Positions 31,117 through 32,000 of a stretch of 32,000 nucleotides of DNA are shown one piece after another. A program made the translations under genes and the position numbers. The stretch spans positions 3,240,001-3,272,000 of the forward strand of contig NZ_LN831039.1 of NCBI RefSeq assembly GCF_001457595.1, read 5' to 3'. Origin of the DNA: Mycolicibacterium smegmatis (lineage in GTDB: Bacteria; Actinomycetota; Actinomycetes; Mycobacteriales; Mycobacteriaceae). The notes under the pieces are model-generated. The model was not told the origin of the DNA, made no database searches, and was given only the letters and a program-made list of their open reading frames with translations. Position 1 is the first letter of the stretch. Every line of letters begins with the position of its first letter.

Positions 31117-32000
31117 GTGAAGCCCTACTCCAGACGGGACCGAAACCATATGCTGCGGTTGGGAAATTCGTTTGTGCAGAACCCGCACGAGGTGTACGAC
31201 CGGCTGCGCCGCAGTGGGCCGGTGCAGCGGGTCGAGATGTGGGGCGGCGTGCCGGTGTGGCTGGTCACGCGCTACCAGGAGGCACGGAACCTGCTGACCG
31301 ACCCACGTATCGGCAAAGACGGGGCCGCCGCGAGTGCCCTGTTCCCGCCGGGGACGGACGGGTCGATCGGTACGGTGCTCGGCGACAACATGCTGTTCCG
31401 GGATCCGCCCGACCACACGAGGTTACGGCGGTTTGTCACCTCGGCGTTCACCGCGCATGCGGTACGCCGGCTTCGCCCCACGATCGCCGGCTTCGCCGAC
31501 GCCCTCCTCGACGACATCGCCGCGTCGGTGCCCGGACAGGTGGACCTGTTGCAGGCTTTCGCCCAGCCCCTGCCCGTTCAGGTGATCGGCGAGTTGCTCG
31601 GTGTCCCGGAACGCGACCGGGAGCTGTTCGCGGCGCTGGTCGTGCCGATCTTCACCAGCACTGATACGACGGTGTTGCGAAGGGCGCAAAAGGAATTGAC
31701 GCTACTGCTCACCGATATGCTCGCCGAGAAGCGGCAGTCTCCGGCCGACGACGTGCTCAGCAGCCTCGTGCACCGGCGCGACGGCACCGATCAGCTGAGT
31801 GAGGCCGAACTGCTCGGCACCGCATTCCTGCTCATCGTCGCCGGATACGAGACGACGGTGAACCTGCTCGCCAACGGAATACTCGCGCTCCTGCGCAACC
31901 CGGAACAGTTGCGGGCGGTTCGGGCGGACCGGTCGTTGCTGCCGCGCGCGGTCGAGGAGGCTCTGCGGTTCGAGAGTCCGCTCAACACCGCCACGGTCCG
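31117..32000 (+). CDS. Cytochrome P450, partial (truncated at window end)
   Basis: Frame open to the window edge: RLGNSFVQNPHEVYDRLRRSGPVQRVE...FRDPPDHTRLRRFVTSAFTAHAV...FLLIVAGYETTVNLLANGILALLRNPEQL...VEEALRFESPL; start GTG 31117 or ATG 31150. Confidence 0.93.
   Translation, partial: MKPYSRRDRNHMLRLGNSFVQNPHEVYDRLRRSGPVQRVEMWGGVPVWLVTRYQEARNLLTDPRIGKDGAAASALFPPGTDGSIGTVLGDNMLFRDPPDHTRLRRFVTSAFTAHAVRRLRPTIAGFADALLDDIAASVPGQVDLLQAFAQPLPVQVIGELLGVPERDRELFAALVVPIFTSTDTTVLRRAQKELTLLLTDMLAEKRQSPADDVLSSLVHRRDGTDQLSEAELLGTAFLLIVAGYETTVNLLANGILALLRNPEQLRAVRADRSLLPRAVEEALRFESPLNTATV

Noticed and set aside
30849-31664. 271-aa plus-strand ORF across the regulator/P450 junction
   Set aside because: Overlaps the XRE 3' end and the motif-rich P450 frame; translation lacks recognised features.

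Overview
This 32 kb high-GC window has mycobacterial gene order and protein sequences, closest in my recollection to a fast-growing species such as Mycolicibacterium smegmatis (from memory, no search run). Its backbone matches the conserved M. tuberculosis Rv1448c-Rv1466 region: tal (partial), tkt, ctaB, qor, an ATP-grasp-like protein, ctaA, an ABC exporter pair, mptB, sufR and sufB-D-C-S-U-T. Inserted between the ATP-grasp gene and ctaA is a carbohydrate or polyol utilisation locus: ABC importer (ATPase, two permeases, lipoprotein SBP), SDR dehydrogenase, FGGY kinase, divergent BtpA/SgcQ-like TIM barrel plus inositol-monophosphatase-like protein, and a DeoR regulator. Downstream of suf are a diverged TIM-barrel glycoside-hydrolase-like protein with a TetR regulator, a small hypothetical, a candidate small lipoprotein, a FadD-like acyl-CoA synthetase, an MmyB-type XRE regulator and a truncated cytochrome P450. 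I saw no mobile element, CRISPR array, tRNA/rRNA or defence system. The best leads are the unassigned sugar/polyol locus with repeated TGTGAT-type operator candidates, a perfect ACTACAA-C-TTGTAGT palindrome just upstream of ctaA, a TetR-type operator beside the GH-like module, and a TCACAA-n5-TTGTGA palindrome at the sufR start.
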